Shown here piece after piece: positions 33,323 to 35,362 of a DNA stretch of 35,362 bases. The notes beneath the pieces were generated by a model. It had not been told where the DNA came from and made no database searches. It worked only from the letters and a program-made list of their open reading frames with translations. The stretch is taken from contig DDEO01000031.1 of the NCBI GenBank assembly GCA_002336725.1, positions 1 through 35,362 of the forward strand, written 5' to 3'. The stretch is from Bacteroidetes bacterium UBA1952 (GTDB lineage Bacteria > Bacteroidota > Bacteroidia > Chitinophagales > Chitinophagaceae). Numbering within the stretch: the stretch's first letter is position 1; each line of letters begins with the position of its first letter. The translations under genes were made by a program, and so were the position numbers.

Positions 33323-35266
33323 GTGCTTCTTTCCGTCATCATCGTCAGCTATAACGTCCGGCATTTTCTGGATTTGTGTCTGCATTCGGTTTTGCGCGCG
33401 GCAGAAGGGCTTTCAGTGGAAGTGATTGTGGTGGACAATGCCTCTGCGGATGACAGTGTGGCGTGGGTGCGGGCGCATTTTCCGGAAATAAAAGTCATTG
33501 CCAATACCGGAAATGCCGGCTTTTCGAAGGCCAACAATCAGGGCGTGGCGGTGGCGCGGGGGAAATACATCCTGTTTCTGAACCCCGACACGGTGATGCC
33601 GGAAGATTTTTTCCGGAAAACGCTGGCCTATATGGAAGCCCATCCGCAGGCCGGTGCGCTTGGGCCGCGCCTCATCGACGGCAAGGGGCAGTTTGCGCCC
33701 GACTCCAAGAAAGGCTTTCCCAGTTTTGGCATTGCCCTTTTCAAGACCATTGGTTTGAATCGGTTTTTTCCGAAATCGCGGCTCTTCAACGGCTATTATG
33801 CCCCGCACATCGGCGAGTATGAAACGGCGGCGGCGGAGGTGCTTTCGGGCTGTTGTATGCTGGTGCGGCGCGAGGCGATGGAGCAGGTGGGCGGTGCCTT
33901 CGACGAGCGTTTTTTTATGTACTGCGAAGATGTGGATCTGAACTATCGCATCGCGCAGGGCGGCTGGCAGAACGTCTATTTTCCGGAAACCAATCTCATC
34001 CATTATAAGGGCGAGAGCACCCGCAAGGCCACGCTTTCCTACATCCGGATTTTCAACGAGGCGCTGGCAGCGTTTGTGCGCAAGCATTACAGCAAAGGCT
34101 CGGCGCGGGTATTTATTTTTCTGCTCCATATCGGCATTGCCGTTCGGGCCGTTTTGGGGGTGTTGAAGGCACTTTTCAAGCGGTTGAAGCTGCCCCTGCT
34201 CGATGTGGGCATTCTGCTGCTCACGCTGGCGGCAGTGCAGGCTTTCTGGGTCAATTCCGTGAAAGGCATCGAGCCGGTGGATGCGCGGCTGCTGTGGCTG
34301 ACGTATCCGGTGTATATCCTTACCTGGATTGGGTCTTTGTATCTGAATGGCGCTTACGACCCCACGTATAGGCCCCTGCGGGTGGTGCGCGGGATGTTGG
34401 TCGGCACGGTGATTGCGCTGGCTTTTTATGGATTGCTGCCGCCGGAGATGCGGTATTCGCGCGGCGTGGTGGTGCTGGGCGGCATCAGCGGCACGGTGGC
34501 GTTGCTGGCGGCGCACATTGTGCTGCAAAAGCTGGGTATTACCGGTCAGGTTCCCTATGATGCGGCGGCCCGCGAAGCGGTGATTGTGGGCAGTGGAAAA
34601 AGTGCTGCCGAGGCGCGCGGTGCTTTGCAAAAGATTGCCGGTGCGCCGCGCGTGGTGGGCCGGGTGGGCGTTGGCGAAAGCGCCCTTGCGCCGCTGTCTG
34701 ATTTAGGCGGTCTGGTAGAGACGGCGGGCATTGGGGAAGTTATTTTCTGTGCTGCCGATGTGGGTTATGGCGAGATGTTCCGGGCGATGGCGGCGTGTGG
34801 CCCGCGCTATGATTACAAAATCTTTTTGCCGGGCCGGGCGGGTTTTGTTGGCTCCAATTCGAGTAGTACGGCAGGCGATCTTTATACTGCCGACTTGCGT
34901 TACAAGCTTTCCGATCCTTCGTTTCGGCGCAAGAAACGCACCTTTGACGGGGTGTCTGCGTTGGTGCTGCTGGTGTTGTTTCCGCTAACGTTTTGGTTGT
35001 TTCGTTCGCCGGGCGGCTGGCTGGGAGTTCTTTTCGCGATTCTTTCCGGAAATAAATCCTGGGTTGGTTATGGGGGCGGGGCGGCGGGGTTGCCGCGCTT
35101 GCGCGAGGGCATTTTGCCGCCGTGGCAGGTCGTGGAAGACTATGTGCCGTCGCAGGCGGTGGCCGCCACGCTCGATCGGCAATATGCGCTGAATTATGTG
35201 CCGGGGAAAGACCTGGCGTTGTTGGGGAAAAACCTCCGTTTCCTGCGCCGGAAAAAATATTTCTAA
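33323..35266 (+). CDS. Family 2 glycosyltransferase with a multi-TM C-terminal extension
   Basis: GTG start. LSVIIVSYNVRHFLDLCLHSV...VIVVDNASADDSV...NTGNAGFSKANNQG...LFLNPDT is a GT-A/GT2 signature. The C-terminal half has several hydrophobic segments and a sugar-transferase-like KKRTFDGVSALVLLVLFPL stretch. Confidence 0.8.
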   Translation: MLLSVIIVSYNVRHFLDLCLHSVLRAAEGLSVEVIVVDNASADDSVAWVRAHFPEIKVIANTGNAGFSKANNQGVAVARGKYILFLNPDTVMPEDFFRKTLAYMEAHPQAGALGPRLIDGKGQFAPDSKKGFPSFGIALFKTIGLNRFFPKSRLFNGYYAPHIGEYETAAAEVLSGCCMLVRREAMEQVGGAFDERFFMYCEDVDLNYRIAQGGWQNVYFPETNLIHYKGESTRKATLSYIRIFNEALAAFVRKHYSKGSARVFIFLLHIGIAVRAVLGVLKALFKRLKLPLLDVGILLLTLAAVQAFWVNSVKGIEPVDARLLWLTYPVYILTWIGSLYLNGAYDPTYRPLRVVRGMLVGTVIALAFYGLLPPEMRYSRGVVVLGGISGTVALLAAHIVLQKLGITGQVPYDAAAREAVIVGSGKSAAEARGALQKIAGAPRVVGRVGVGESALAPLSDLGGLVETAGIGEVIFCAADVGYGEMFRAMAACGPRYDYKIFLPGRAGFVGSNSSSTAGDLYTADLRYKLSDPSFRRKKRTFDGVSALVLLVLFPLTFWLFRSPGGWLGVLFAILSGNKSWVGYGGGAAGLPRLREGILPPWQVVEDYVPSQAVAATLDRQYALNYVPGKDLALLGKNLRFLRRKKYF

Positions 35267-35271
35267 GCTTT

Positions 35272-35302
35272 TTTGGCAGAATGCCGGAATTGCCTATTTT
35301 TG
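35272..35302 (+). promoter_or_regulatory. Bacteroidota sigma-A type promoter (TTTG-N19-TATTTTTG) for the downstream tRNA
   Basis: -33 TTTG at 35272..35275 and -7 TATTTTTG at 35295..35302, 19 nt apart. The tRNA 5' end is at 35336. Confidence 0.6.
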
Positions 35303-35335
35303 CACTCCGCTTTTGAAAGAGAGCGGGTCTTAGTT

Positions 35336-35362
35336 TCCTCCTTAGCTCAGTTGGTTAGAGCA
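35336..35362 (+). tRNA. tRNA gene, 5' portion only (acceptor arm + D arm); the anticodon lies outside the window
   Basis: TCCTCCT-TA-GCTC-AGTTGGTTA-GAGC-A fits acceptor/D-arm geometry. The TCCTC start is reminiscent of tRNA-Asn, but the identity cannot be determined. Confidence 0.7.

Noticed and set aside
33413-34630. 405-aa minus-strand ORF
   Set aside because: It is antisense to the GT2 glycosyltransferase gene. Its composition is Arg/His/Gln-rich and it has no recognisable motifs.
35274-35294. Sigma-54 type promoter (TGGCA...TTGC) upstream of the tRNA, and a similar TGGCAC at ~21070
   Set aside because: The GG-to-GC spacing is about 15 nt rather than the required ~10 nt, and the 21070 site lacks a TTGC element. 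The TTTG-N19-TAnnTTTG sigma-A architecture fits better.

Overview
This is a chromosomal segment from a GC-rich member of the Bacteroidota. The assignment rests on a T9SS C-terminal sorting domain, a PorQ-like barrel, fused SecDF, TAnnTTTG -7 promoter boxes and a Bacteroidota-type tmRNA tag. Recognisable genes are carB (5' fragment), a 2,711-aa T9SS-secreted repeat protein, fabI, ssrA, a WYL regulator, an HDAC-family deacetylase, an alanine-dehydrogenase-family gene, rpoN, an LpxL-type acyltransferase, secDF, rlmN, a GT2 glycosyltransferase and the start of a tRNA. Less defined genes are two overlapping lipoprotein genes of unknown function, an ECF sigma factor paired with a membrane-anchored anti-sigma-like S1 protease, a fatty-acid hydroxylase, a Gre-like protein and several ORFans. 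No CRISPR array, transposase, integrase or recognised defence genes were seen. The most unusual content is at the DNA level. The palindrome TTCCGGAA, mostly as TTTCCGGAAA, occurs at least 40 times, in intergenic DNA and in all three codon phases, but only once in the 8.1-kb giant ORF. This resembles cyanobacterial HIP1. Several structured repeat families fill the intergenic regions. One is a covarying hairpin plus tandem 20-mers placed directly after two stop codons. Another is a pair of 36-nt inverted palindromic elements bracketing the deacetylase gene. The others are a composite MITE-like element with a distant inverted copy, and opposed GTTGGA/TCCAAC arrays. All calls come from reading the sequence and the ORF track by eye. 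No searches or computations were run.
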